From the human T2T-CHM13v2.0 reference genome, Homo sapiens: 64,000 nucleotides of DNA. Positions 41,263 to 54,599 of the stretch are shown here, piece after piece. Made by a program: the position numbers and the translations under genes. The DNA is taken from the NCBI RefSeq assembly GCF_009914755.1, contig NC_060927.1; one strand, written 5' to 3'. The notes below the pieces were generated by a model that searched no databases, was not told the origin of the DNA, and was given only the letters and a program-made list of their open reading frames with translations. The stretch's first letter is position 1; every line of letters starts with the position of its first letter.

Positions 41263-44200
41263 TGAAAGAAGGAAGGAAGGAGGGAAGGAAAAGAGAAACA
41301 ACAGACTTCAGGCTAAAGGAGACAGTGTGGGTCTCTGGTCACTCTGTTGGTCCAGGGATGACTTTGGAGCAGCGGTGAACTCGACAGGCATGGCCTGCCC
41401 TCAGAGGCCACAGTCTGATGAGAGGATTGGGTATGCTCAGGGTTGCTGTGGGGTGCTACATGCTGGATTGGTGACGTGCTCAGCACTGGCCTCAAAAGGG
41501 ATGAGGCGCCGGCTTGGGGATGGCATCCAGGCAGCGGGAACGACTGTGCTGAGTGCCACTACGATGTGCTGAGTGCCACTGTGTGCCCGGTATATGACCT
41601 CTGTCCTTCCAAACATCCTTGGGGGCAGGGGTTGTTGTCTCTCCCACCTCGCAGAGGAACAAGCTGGGGCTCAGAGAGGTAAAGGGGTTGTCTGCAGTCA
41701 CATAGCAGGTAAGGGCCATCTTTGTGGCCAGTCAGCACCATGGGAGAGTAAGGCGGGGAGGTGGAAATGGTCTGTGCATGTTGGGATGCAAAGAGAAGGC
41801 AGATGTGGCTGAAAGGAAGGGAGTGACGGTGGGAGTAGGAAGGCTAAAGAGGGCAGGCAATGGCTGAGTCCTGCAGTGAACAGGCTCCTGCGGTGGGGCC
41901 CGGGACCTTACGGCTGGATCCGGGTTTGAAGTCAGCGGAGGCAGATGCAGTTGTAGGAAGAGGGGTGACCAGCTCCTGCAGTCTCAGGGCCTGACTCCAT
42001 GCCCTGGCTTTCCACCGATGGGCGGGGTAGCCCTGGAAAAAGTCCCCTCCCTCTCTGGACTCATGCTGTCTGGACCTGGGCTTCCTGCAAGGGGGCCACC
42101 TGCCCAAGGCTGGATGACGGGCCTAGGGCACATCTAAGGAACAAGGACAGGACAGAGGCAAAGCCACAGCTGCTGGGGCAGGGTGGGGGCCGGTATGTCT
42201 GGCCAGCAGCATCAGCCCTGCCCCCGGCGGGGCTCCAGGACCGGGAGACTCATCAGCCGGAAGCTCTTGGAGGAGGCGGCTGCCGTGAAGACAGGCACCC
42301 TTGCTCCTGAGAGGGGCACCCAGAGAACCAAGACTCAGCAGAGGGAACACAGGGCTACGCCCAGGCCCCAGGCCTGATATCCAGAGTCTAAATCCCACCT
42401 CAGCCCAGGGGGGAGCCTTGAGAGGAGCTATGTCCCTCATGGACCCCAGTTTCCTCTGCATACGGGCTCCGAGCCCTGCACTGCCTCCAGGGTAGTTCCC
42501 AAGGTCTTTTCCCATTACCTCCTACGTGAGCACTCAGTAAACCAATACACATACACAAGGGTGACATTAATTCCAGCCACAGAATCCCAGGCCACGCGTG
42601 GCCTGGCCCTCCCTGAGAAGTTGCTCTTGCTCAGGAACCCCCTGTGCAGTTCCTACCCCTCGGTTCTGGCCCACGAGGCCGGGAATGACCCATATTATAG
42701 ATGGGGACATGGGGACAGAGCCGGCAGCATGGGCATGACTGCCTCTCTTCATCGTTCCTCCCCAGGGAGGCTCAGAGCAGCCAGGAAGGGTTTCCCCTCC
42801 TTGAGATGCTGGTAAAAAGGATTTCAGGTTGATCTGGAATAAATGATGAGTTTTCTCATGTAACATACAATGCCCTAGGCAGTTTTAAAAAATATCTATC
42901 ACTAGGAAAAGAGGAAAGATAAAATGGTAAGAATAAGTGTTCGTTTATAGGTCCCAGTTGGCAAAGCAAGAGGGGGATGTGCCAGCCCAGTGGTGCAGCT
43001 GGATCCTGAACATCAGGGGTCCCAGGACTTACCTAGCACATGCAGTCCCCAGCCCCCACCAAGGTCCACAGAGCCCCTAACATACCGAGCCCATGACTCC
43101 AGGCCCTGTGCTGATGCCAGGGGCCAGCCGTCCGGTGGGGGTGCTGGGCTGGCCTCCCTGGTGCCTAAGCCAGGGATCTGGCTGCCCTGGGCCTCTACAC
43201 ACTACTGAGGCTGCCAGCTCCGTCCAGACTTGCCCCAAACTGCCAGGCTCTCCTCTAACTCCAAGCAAAGCCTGTGGCCTGTTTCTAGACTTGGTTTACC
43301 CCCGTCCCAACAAACACACACATTTGAATTCCCCTAATTCCCAGCCCAGTGGTTCGGGGGGCTGACCTCATGCTCCAGCTACAGGTGTGGCCAAGTGACA
43401 AAGAGGCTGGCCAGTCAGCACATGGCTCCTCTTGGGGATGGAGATGGTTTCAGGAATGGCCATGAGTCCCAGGGCTGACCAGGGGGACTGAGGCTGCTGA
43501 GGGGGCTGAAGCCTTCACACAGGAACGTGTCCTGGGGAAAGGTGAACAGGACATGGCCACAGGAGCATTGGAGCCCCTGGAGCCAGCCACACTGAAGCCA
43601 GATCGTGGGCTATTCACTGACAGTAATCACGGAAATCCCTTTGACTTGAGTTTCTGCCGTTTGCCACCCAAAGGCTCCTGATGGATACACCATTACAGCC
43701 CAGCTTCCCTTCCCTTCCCTTCCCTTCCCAGATGTTCACATTTCTTAAGTCCTAGCACGTCCTGAAGCCCAGCCCTGTGCCGTGAGAATCCAGGGGAGGA
43801 AGGGGACAGGAATAATCTCTATAGGTCACAGAGATACCACAGGCCTTATTACCTCATTCTGTCCTGATGGCCACCCTGCAAAGCTGGAATTATTAGCCTC
43901 ATTTTACAGAAAAGGAAATAGGTTCAGAGAGGTTGTCTTCTGCCCCAAGTCACACAGACACTGGGCAGCACATAAGGAGTTCCATCTGAGCAGCTCCTTG
44001 GAGAGGGGTGGGGTCCTGGCAGGGGAGGCACAGAGAAAGGTCTTGATTACCCCCAGATCTTGGACCCCACATCTGCTGAGCTCACCTGGTCTTGGAGAGC
44101 TCCTCTGAGGTGGCCTGACCTCTCTGCAGCCCAGAGATAGCCAGGGGACAGACACCCGAACAAGGAAGGGGGTTGGAGAGACTTGAGGGCATTTCTCTTT

Positions 44201-47029
44201 TATCTGATGGTGGAGAGCAAATGGGAGGAAAACGCTCGGTGTTATCGTGGGGCCAATGAGAGCCTTAAGACACAGGCAGTGAATTTCAGCCAGGGCCCTG
44301 GTGATTTAAGATGCATCACTTCCCTTAGTAACCATGCCAAGCAGATGTCAGGGACATCTTGATGAGGGATGAAGCCATCGGTGCCAATAAAACATTTTTC
44401 TATTAGCCACGCTCAGGTCAGCCGCCTGCTGAGCCACAGGGGTTGCTCTGACAGGACCTTCATCCTTCGGAGGTCGGGCCAGTGTGGCAAGGTCATGCCA
44501 TGGGATATAAAGGGGGACGGGCATCTCTGGCGCAGCCCCAGCTCCTCAGAGCCCTGATATCCCAAGCTCATGCTCAGGAAATGGGATGCACAGGGGAGGG
44601 AGAGCCGGGACTCCTGGGCTGGGCAGTCTAGTGGGCAAAGCCTGGCCCCTCAGAGAGCCGACACCACGCCCAGCCTGGCTTCCCCACTGCCCTGTTCACT
44701 GCCCTAGTCCTGCCCACAACCTCACCAGCCATGTCCCAGCTTTCCTTCAACCAGTGACAAGTCAATTCACTGAAAGCTAATTCATAGAACAGTCAATTTG
44801 TAGAATGACAAAGTCATAAAAAGTACTTGCTTCCTTCCCTTAACCTTTTAGCTTTAGTTGACTGGTCCATTTTTGTCTTCAAAATGGCATTTGATGGAAT
44901 GTTATTTGTCTCTGTCCCAGCTGCCCACTGTGGTGGCAGGAGGCACAGACAAGCATGGTGACTGTGTCATCAGGAATGCTGCGGGCACAGGGCAGAGGAG
45001 GGCAGGAGTGGCCGTCAGCAGGGCTGTTCTGCAAGCCCAGGGGAGCAGGAAGGCCCACCTGAGAAGAGGCCTGGGCTGGGGCTGGGGCCCCGGTTCTGGG
45101 AGGCATTGGGGGACAATGGATAAGACCTCTGCTCCATCAGCCAGCTGAAACCACTGCCTGCTGGCAGAGCAGGGTCTGAAACTCAGAACCCCTGGGGGCC
45201 AGCCAGGCCCCAGCTGGCAGCAAAAGGGACTTGTGTTTCCTTTCTGGGGTGAGGGGCCGGCCCCAGTGCCCCTGGTGGGATGCAGCCTTGGAGAGAAGGG
45301 CCCAAGGTGTCTCAGGTGTCAGGGAGTGGAGGGCAGTAGAGGTTGGTGACCATGGTGCACCACCAAGGAACTGAGACTGGGAGGTCACTGGCTGTCTGCT
45401 GTCCTCAATTACCAGGGATCTCAGCCTGTCAGACCTGATACCCACCCTCACCTTTTAAAAATTAAACTTTTTATTTTGAGATAATCGTAGATTCATTTGC
45501 AGTTGTAAAAAAAAAAAACAAAAAACAATACAGAGAGATCTTATATACATCGTTTCCCCCAATGGTAACATCTTACAAAACTATAGGATCCATCACTACC
45601 AGGATTCTGACACTGCACTGTCCTCCCATCTTAGGTAGCTTTCCGATTTTGCTTGTACCGTGGAGCCTGCATACATGATACGCCTGCATAGAACTAAACA
45701 CACGCATGCACACACATACAGGCACATACAAGTGCCACCACAGTCAAAATACACAATAGCTCCATTACCACAAAGATCCCTTGTCCAGCACCCCGCTCCT
45801 TAAATCCAGAGCTTTGCACTATCCTCTTCTCTCTTCTCAAATGAAGCTGATGACTCATGTGATCCATCCACACACATATTTAAAACAGAACCAAGAGAAT
45901 GGCTGAATGGTAAAATTACAGAGAAAAAAAAAGAGGAAAATAATTTAGAATAAAATAAACGGTAATTTGTCATGTTAATCGTGGGTGGGCCTAACCTATA
46001 GTCACCTGCCTGGTCGTGTGACAGCGACCACAAACCCAGATGGATGCTGGAGTTCACTGGGCACTCTGGCACCATGAGAGATGCTGTCCTTGGTGATGTG
46101 GTGCTCTGAATGGTGGCAGCTCTTGGCTGAGCTCCGAACATATCAGAGTCTGATCTTCCCTCGACTGCGAGAGCAGTTGCATTCCTGGAAAACTCAATGC
46201 ATATTCAAATCATACAAAATGCATTTTGTGGTTTAGATGTCAAGAGGAGTGAGGACCAGACTCGGATAGTTGCTCGCAGATTTTCATGCCCATAAATATC
46301 TGTGCGGATTCTTGGTGTGGGGGCCTGTCCTGCACAACCTAGGCTGGCCCTGCTCCCACATGCCCTCTGGCAGCTCTGCCTGAATCTGGGGCCCACTGTC
46401 AAAGAGATGCTGATAACTGTGCCCAGGACTGACCTGGACGGAGAGCCAGCTAAGGTGACAATGATGAAGGCTTGACGCATAGGCTTCCTGGAGATGTGTG
46501 GGGGTGTTCATCTTGGAATGTTCAGGCCCAGTCCCACCAGCCTCCCTTCTCCTGCCTGGGGAAGACACACAGGGCTTGGCTTCCTTCATGGAGGCCCCAC
46601 TGCAAGCAGCTGGCCAGGGCTTCCCATGGAAGGAGACCACCACCTCCTGCAGGGGCCGGCTGGTCACACATCCCCCAAGTTGAGCGTTTCATTGGCTCAA
46701 ATCCAGAAACCACAAAACAGTGGTGGGAAAACTAAACTGCTCTGTGTCACCAGCTTGCTGAGGGAGCACTTCAATGATGAAGCACACATATAAATGCACA
46801 GAAATTCACCAAGGACCCAAAGGAACTGGACACAGCCGTGGCCTCTGGGCAGAAGAACAAGAAGCAAGGGAACCAAATAGACAATATGTGTAGCCTTTTT
46901 TTGTACCATGTGGATGAATAATCTCTCAGTTATATGACTATATTTGAAAAACAACAAAGACGTAACCATCCCTTTTGTAAGCTAAACTTCATCACTCACA
47001 CTTTTATTCAAGAGGGGGAAATTTAAAAA

Positions 47030-47800
47030 CACAAGATACCACTTCACACCATTAGGATGGCTATTATTAAAGAAAAACAGAAAGTAATGAGTGATGGCGA
47101 AGATGTGGAGAAACCAGGACCTTTGTGCAGTGGTGGAGGGAAGGTAAAGCAGTGCAGCTGCTGTGGAAAACAGTATGGCGGCTCTTCAAAACAGTCAGCA
47201 TCCAATCACAATCTGACCCAGCAATCCCACTTCTGAGTATACACCCAACAGAAATGGAACCAGGGACTCGGAGAGGTATTTGCACACCCATGTTCACAGC
47301 AGCACTATTCACAACAGCCAAAAGGCAGAAACAACCCAGTGTCCATCAATGGGTGAATGGACAAACAAAATGTGGTCCATCCGCACAATGGAACAGTGTT
47401 CAGCTTTAAAAAGGAAGTTCTGCCCATTGCCGCAGCAGGGATGAACCTTGAGGACATGAGGCTAAGTGAAGTAAGCCAGTCAGGAAAGGACAAATGCTGT
47501 CTGATTCCACTCACATGACATCCCCAGGGCAGTCATATTCACAGGGACAGAGAGCAGAATGGTGGGTGCCAGGGGCTGGGGATGCAAGATGGGAGTCTGT
47601 GCTTACAGAGCACAGAGCCCTGTTTGGGAAAGTGAAGTTCTGGAGATGGATGCTGTGTTGGCTGCACGGCACTGTGAATGCACTTACTGCCGCTGAAATG
47701 TGTGTAATTAAAAAAGGCAAACATGTGGTCGATCTGCACAACGGAACAGTGTTCAGCTTTAAAAAAGGAAGTTTTCTGTCTATCTTACCACAATTTTAAA
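47030..47800 (+). mobile_element. L1MB 3' end
   Basis: agataccacttcacacc..ctgtggaaaacagtatggc..cacccatgttcacagcagcactattcacaacagccaaaagg..atgaaccttgaggacat. Confidence 0.9.
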
Positions 47801-50800
47801 AATGGTGATTTGTACCTTGTCAGGCCAGGCCCCTCAGGGATGCTAGAAAGCAAAGGCAGGACTTCCGGGCAGCTGGTGACAACAAAGGGGCCGGCACTGT
47901 GTCTGTCACAGCGAGGACTCGCCACGCGCCATGCGGGAGCTCTATGAGGGGGCCCATTTGCCTGGGGGAGTCAGGAAAGAGGCACAGGCTGGGCTGTGAG
48001 GTCTGAGGTGAAGGGGAAGAAGGGCACTCCCGGCAGAGGAGCCAGCATGGGCAAGAGTGTGGCAGGGTGAGCCTTCCAGGCAGGGCTGGGCAGGAGTTGG
48101 AACGTTGTGGGATCGTGGGAGGCCAGGAGGACCAGGAGAGAGGGCCTCAGGCCCCAGAGCGGCTGAGGAGAGAGGGGTGTGTGCAGGAAGGGGCGCCCAC
48201 TGCCCCACCCCGTTCTCTTCCCAGCTGTATCCAGGAGCCGCTCTGGCAGGTGCCACCGGGTCTTATTTACTGTGTCCCTTCTCTGGGCGGTAGCTCCATG
48301 CAGGCAGGGCGGGCCTGGTCCATTTACAGGCGTAGCCCACAGGCCTGGCGTGTGTCAGGACGTGGACTAGATGTCCAGTGACCATGGTGGGCTGAGTGAA
48401 TGAATGGGTGAGTGATCGGCAGGATGGGGCCATGTGAATGAGCCAGCATGCCTGGAGCTGCTGTGCCTGGCAGACACCACTCCTCCCACTCCCAGTCCCC
48501 TGTGTGTCGCAGCATAACCAGGAACTTTCCAGATGAGGTCAGAGGCCCAGAGAGGGCAAGCAGCCTGCCCAGGGTCACATAGTGAGGCAGGGACAGAGCT
48601 GGAGTGGAGCCTCCTTGTCCTGCTCTGTAAGGCCCCAGGTGGGCCAGGGCCTCAGAGACCAAGGGGCAGGATATTTTCATCCACTCTGCCTGCAGGGAGC
48701 CTCCTGGGGGTAAGAGTGAGATTTGAGAGAACAGGAGCCATCCAACAGGCTGGAAAGAGCGGGAAGGGCAGACAGGGGCTGTGTCGTCAGTAGGCTTTTG
48801 GGGGAAAGCAGCAGGCTCTAAGGTGAGCCTGGGAGCAGCTTAGCCAGCACCCAGGAGCAACGCCTCCTAAGCCCCCACTGGTGGTGACAAAACTGGTCTG
48901 GTCCACAGGCATTGGGTGGGGGGCTCCCAGTCACTGTGGGACAAGTACCCTCAGCACCCAGGACAAGCAGGCTGGGGGCAGCCATGCCACAGTGGCAGTG
49001 ACCAACACATTCCAGGTAGTGCATGCAGTGGGGAAGGGGTGGGGAGGGACAGAGCCTTGCGGCCAAGAGATCTGGAACCTGCTCAGGGTAAGGCGTCAGG
49101 TCCCCCAACACCTGGGCCCCCTGACCACCCTCCTTCCCTTCCTCATCCCATCTCTGTGCACTGGGTGCCCACTGGCCCCACCCACAAGGGCACACAGACC
49201 TGGCTGGGGAGGAGCAGGGTCTGGAGTCAGGCAGACTCACTGGCTGTGACCCTGAGCAAGGCACTTCCCTGGAAAACAGGATGGCACACAACCACCCTGC
49301 CAGAGTTGTGGGATTCAACAAGATAAGGCACTTTTGTTGTTATTCTTAAAGACCAAGTGAGTCAGTGCAAGGAGGCAGGCCAGGGCCCTGAGGAGATGGT
49401 GCCAGGTCCTTTAGGGGCACAGGGGGCCTTGGGGGCCTTCAACAAAGGGCCTCCAGGGAGGGACAAGGATGGCGTGACACTTGTTGAGCTTGGGGCCCAG
49501 CCTGCTTGCTGGCCCGCAGGCAAACCCTGGAAGGGGAGTATCAGCCCCACCACATAGAGCAGGAGGCTTAGGCCCAGTGCCTGTGCTTGGGGCACTTGGG
49601 AAAAGACGCTGACCATGGGCTGACCAAGGCCCAGCAGGGTCCTGCCCCGGGGCTGGGGCCAATCCAGGCCTTATGCTTCCTCTGAGGCCCAGGGAGGATG
49701 TGGATGTCGGACCTGTCCTTCACGGATCCTTTGGTGGAAGATGGTGGCAGGTGGGTCAGAGGTAGGTGCTTGCCTAAGCAGACGCTCCTTGTTGCCCTGC
49801 CTGTCCAGCAACTACCAGAAAAGTCTGTTCCTCTCAGTCTCTAAAATTCACCCCAGACAGGGTCTCTAAGTCCCAACATCATGCCAGGCCGTGCCAGCTT
49901 TGGGCATACAACGGGGAGCAGGCCTGCGCCCTGGCCTTGCAAAGGGGCAGAGGCAGTGGCCAGGCCTCTGAATTTTCAGGCCCCAGGCTCATGACACCCC
50001 CTCATGGTTGGGAGGCCCCAATGCAGTTCCCCAACCTCTTTAACCCCCAGTCTTTTCTTCATATCTTTAGCTTCCAGCACGACAATGCGACTCTTTACTC
50101 CAGGGCCTCCATGAACAGCCCCAGCCCCTTTACCTCTCTTCCTGGTCCACTCTGCTCCAGCAACACCATCCTCTCTCTGTGGCCCAATCCTGTCAAGCAT
50201 GCCCTCACCAGGGCCTCTGCACTTGCTGTCCCCTGCACCCGGGGCCCCCACTCTTCTCCTGGATAGTTCCTCCTAATCATTTAGATTTCTGTTCAAAGGT
50301 CACCTCCTCCAGGAAGCCCTCCTCACTTCCTGAGTGGCCACACAGTTCACTCAATCCATTCCCATTGGGCTCTCTATCTTCTTCATTTCTCTGTGTCCTT
50401 CTCCCCTGCAGTATCCCCTGAGAGCAGCACCCTCTCAGTGGTTCCCAGCACTGAGCTGGACATACAGCAGGTGCACCATGAACACTAGCTGAAGGCAGGG
50501 AAGTGAAGGCCCAGGCCTGGTTATGCGGCCTTGGCTGCCTATCCCAGTCTTTCTGAGTTATAACCAGGACCTGCCCAGTGGCTTCCTGGGGCTGTAAAGG
50601 GTGGATAGATGCTACAGCATTCTTGGAAAATAGCCCAGTGCTGTGTTGGTCATTCATAATAACCATTTTTAATAGTGATCACTGCATGGCAAGAAAGGCT
50701 ACCGGTCATCACACGTGCTTGAGTGAAGACTGGGCCTCCGGTTCCCTCCCTGCATCTCTCTCGGTGGGCTGGGGCTGCTCTTCCCTGGCATCCAGCCCAG

Positions 50801-53198
50801 GCCCACTGTCCAGCAGATGCTGATAACTGTGCCTGCAGAACTGACCCAGCCAAGGTGATAATGGTGAAGGCTCAATGCACAAGTTTCTTGGAGGCGTGTG
50901 TGTGTGTGTGGAATGTTCCAGGCCCAGTCCCACCAGTGTCCCTTCTTCTGTCTAGGGGAGACCCACCAGGGATTGGCTTCCTTCATGAAGGCCCCACTGC
51001 AAGCAGCAGGTCAGGGCATCCCACCAGAGGGAGACCACTGCCTCCTGCGGGGGCCGGCAGGTCATCATGTCCCCCAAACAGAAGGAAGAGAGGGGTCGGG
51101 ACAGTTCCAGGCAGTGAATGAATGATTGAACAGGCATGGGTAGGCGAGTGCTCCACTGGCCTGGCCAAGCAGCCCACATCTCACACACCACAAACTCCTC
51201 ACAGCCTCACTTCCTGTGTTCAAGTGACAGGATGTGACATGCCCATGAGGACAGAGGGGCCCCTTGCAGAGATGATGAAAAGGATGCTGTAGTTACAGAA
51301 TTGAGGGCCATCCTTCATTCAGACACCATTCATGAAGCTGCCAGTACAGCAATGACCTCGGGTGTTAGCAAGTTTGATTCAGGGTCTGATTCTTGGAAGC
51401 CTCCTGATGTTCCCCCATTGGGTTAAGAAATCTTCTCCTGCTTTTGTTGTCATCCTTTATCCCATCCAGTGTGCCACCTTCACGATGGACTGAGCCCTGA
51501 CCGGGACAGAGTCTCGATTCCATAAAGCTCCCTTGGGTGCACACCAGGGGCCCAGAGAGTGGAAGTGGCGAAAATGGAGGCTAGGGAGTGAGGACAGTGG
51601 GGTGGGGGTGGGGGCCCGCCGGCAGGGCTCCACTAGGCTGAGGATAGCCTGGCTGTGCCATGCACAGGGCCGCTGGAGCAAGTCTGTCCCGATTTGACAT
51701 GTGGCATGTTGGGGAAGGGATACCACTGCCAAATGTATGGCAGGAAACAGCTGTGTGACCCCAGTCAAGTTCCTTCCCCTCTCTGAGCCTCAGTTTCCTC
51801 TTCTGTAAAACAGGATCGACAGTATCACATTTTATAGCAGTTGGTGAGACCCCATGAGGCAACTAAGCATGAGAACGCTTTGCAATCAAGTTGGGCAGCT
51901 CTGATAGTGGCTACAGTGCAACTGTTGGGAAAGTTAAACATCTAGAGATGCTCAACACCCCATCTCCTTTCCACACTGAAAGGCAGGGTAACAATAAGGT
52001 CTGAGCAGCAGGTGCTGGGAGAGCCTGGGCCTAGAAGTGGGCCTGCCGCGGGTTCTGGGTGGGGAGTAATGGTGGGCAAACACAGGCTTATCAAGTGCAG
52101 CAGGGTAACCTCAGGAAAGGCCTGCTCTTGGTTACAAGATCCTTGTGTACAAACAGAGCCACCCCCTCCAAGTATCTTTGGTATTTCTGGTGCCAATAGG
52201 TTTGGTGGCAGAGGGGGGATGGCCTGGAAGTCACAATGCTCAGACTGGGAGCCTGAGAGCTGGAGAAGAGTGAAAAGACCCACAGAAAAGGAAGACAGTG
52301 AGCGCTAAGCCCCCTCGGGCCAGCCCCTCTCTTAGGCAGGAAGGCTAGACGAGCTTATTCCAGGAATCAGCAAATCCACCAGAGCCACGTGTTCAAATGC
52401 AGGTGGCTGGGCCCCCAACAGATTGAAGCAGACTCTCCAGGGAAGAGTATTGGAATCCATATAGAACATTGTCCCTGCAAAACTGCAATTGGATAGGCTT
52501 GGGCAACGCAGCCACAGTGAATAGCTGCATCACGGGAACATCAACCACACCTGGACATTAAAATCATCCGGAAAATGAAAAAGATCCTGAGGCTTGAGCC
52601 CTCCCCCAGACCTAGAAACCAGAATGTCTGGGGGTGGGACCCACACAGCTTTTTTTTTGTTTTTTTTTTTTTTGTTTCTTTAACTGCTCCTCAAGTGATT
52701 CCAGTATAGCTCCTGGGCTACAACCCCCACCCCAGGCTAGTATACTCCAGGGTTCCAGTAGAACTGTGCTGAGCCTCAGTTTCCCCATCTCTAAAATGGG
52801 GTTCTTAGTGCCTGCCCAGACAAGGCCTTTGTGAGGATGACATTTCTGAGCATTGGAGGCAAGCAGGCACTGGGCCAAGTAATCCGAATATGAATTGTCA
52901 CATTTCATCCTCATGACATCTCCCCTCCCCAATATAACAGCCCTGAGAGTTTAGAATTTCTCTGGCATCAGGCTCCTGGGCCCAGGCAAAGGTGTGGCAG
53001 GGAGGAGACAGCTGTCTCAGGAGGACCTATTCCCAGCCACTGGGGTGGAAGTTCCACGCTGGGAAAGGATTTACTATTTGTTTCAGAAAATGCAGCGAGG
53101 GCCTTGCCACAGGGAGTGAGAACTTTGGTGTGCTCTGCTCGCATCGACAAACCAACCTGTGAGCTTCTCCACTAAAAAAGCAAGTGAGCATCACAGCG

Positions 53199-53395
53199 AA
53201 CCAGAGGCCACCGTCATCCCTCGAACCAGAGGCCACCGCCATCCCCCAAACCAGAGGCCGCCATCCCCCGAACCAGAGGCCACTGCCATCCCCCGAACCA
53301 GAGGCCACTGCCATCCCCCAAACCAGAGGCCACTGCCATCCCCCAAACCAGAGGCCACCGCCATCCCCCGAACCAGAGGCCACCGCCATCCCCCG
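53199..53395. repeat. Minisatellite, 8 x 25-bp unit AACCAGAGGCCACYGCCATCCCCCR (one 22-bp unit)
   Basis: Units read directly from the sequence. Confidence 0.97.
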
Positions 53396-54494
53396 TGGGT
53401 TGCTGCCTGGCACTGCTGACGCAGCAGAGGCAGAGGTGTGTTTACTTTCCCTCAGTGGAGGTGACGGGGAGCTGCCACTCTATCAGGGGTTCCACAGGCC
53501 CCTGCCATGGTAAGGGGCCTCCATCAAGTAGGGAGGCCTTGGGGTAGCCCCCAGAAGGCTCCCCACATACTGCTCCAGGCCTCCTTTTCCTAGCCTTGCG
53601 ACTGAGCCCAGCTCAAGAGGACTCAGCCATGCTCTCTAACCTCCTAAGGTCTGAGGTCACTGCACAGCCCCAAATGAGTGGGTCCTGGGCAAATAGTTTA
53701 GGCAGGTGGAGACCTGACGCTGGGCCTCAACCCCCGCAGCCGAGGGTCCCAGAGGAGGGCAAAGGTTGCTCCTCCTAGAACAGCACAGTGCAGCGCCCAG
53801 AGAGCTGTGAGGGAAGCTGGCATTCGAACCCCACTGCCCCCTGGGAAGCCTGGCTAACCGAAGCGCAGGCTTTGGTTTCCATAAATACCCGGGCCCGTGA
53901 TGTCACCGCCCCGTGCAGACTTTCACAGCCTCTGCTGCTGGCGTGAGGCCCAGCACACAGCCGCTCTGCTGCCAGCCCACAGAACACCTGGGCACACAGC
54001 TGGACACTGATGCCACCGTGCTAGGGACGGTGGGCTGGACCTTCACCTGCCCTTGGAGGACGCAGCATCCTGCCCACTGCCTCAGCCTGCCTGCGACCTT
54101 CTATCAGGCATGGCTGAAGGGCTGGCCATGGGCGTGCTGGGCAGAGATTCTCTTCCTAAACAGGCTATGGGCTAAACCAAAGCCAAAACAGTAGGAGCCG
54201 GTCTGGGCACCCTGAATGTGGATCTGGGAGGGGGGATACCTGCTCTCACAGTTGGGAATTTCACAGCCTGCTGAAGACCTGCTGACTAATAGCCTTTTTC
54301 TCATCGTCATCACCAACAAACACCTCCGCTGCAGGGGCCGAGCGCCGGCATCCCTGCTGGGTGGCCAGCTCCCTCTGCAAGTCACCTGCACATCCACCTG
54401 CCCCTCCCCCAACGATGCCCCTCACTCCAGCTCCCAGCTCAGCCGGGCCCCTCTGGCCTCTGGCTTCAGGCAGAAACCTGCCACATATACTCAC

Positions 54495-54517
54495 AAATAG
54501 CGTCTTCTGCAAGCCAT
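54495..54517 (-). CDS. IQSEC1: IQSEC1 alternative first coding exon (MACRRRY-F/L...), coding part
   Basis: Minus strand ATG GCT TGC AGA AGA CGC TAT TT|GTGAGT (23 nt, phase 2), just downstream of a CpG island. Matches the recalled IQSEC1 N-terminus MACRRRYFVEGEAPSS. Confidence 0.95.
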
Positions 54518-54599
54518 CCTGTGTGAATCCGTTCTTCCCTGTTCTGGCTCCCTCTCCAGCGGGGAGGCTCAACGTGTTTCCAAGAGGAGCAGGCGGCTC

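Noticed and set aside
41732-41750. REST/RE1-like TCAGCACCATGGGAGAG
   Set aside because: Half-site spacing is 3 rather than the canonical 2 and the right half is degenerate.
43027-43085. Strong donor TAG|GTAAGT with upstream ATGs
   Set aside because: The ATG frame stops at the donor and the phase-2 frame has no ATG.
53027-53513. Repetitive ORFs / CRISPR-like array
   Set aside because: Head-to-tail minisatellite with no spacers, in eukaryotic DNA.
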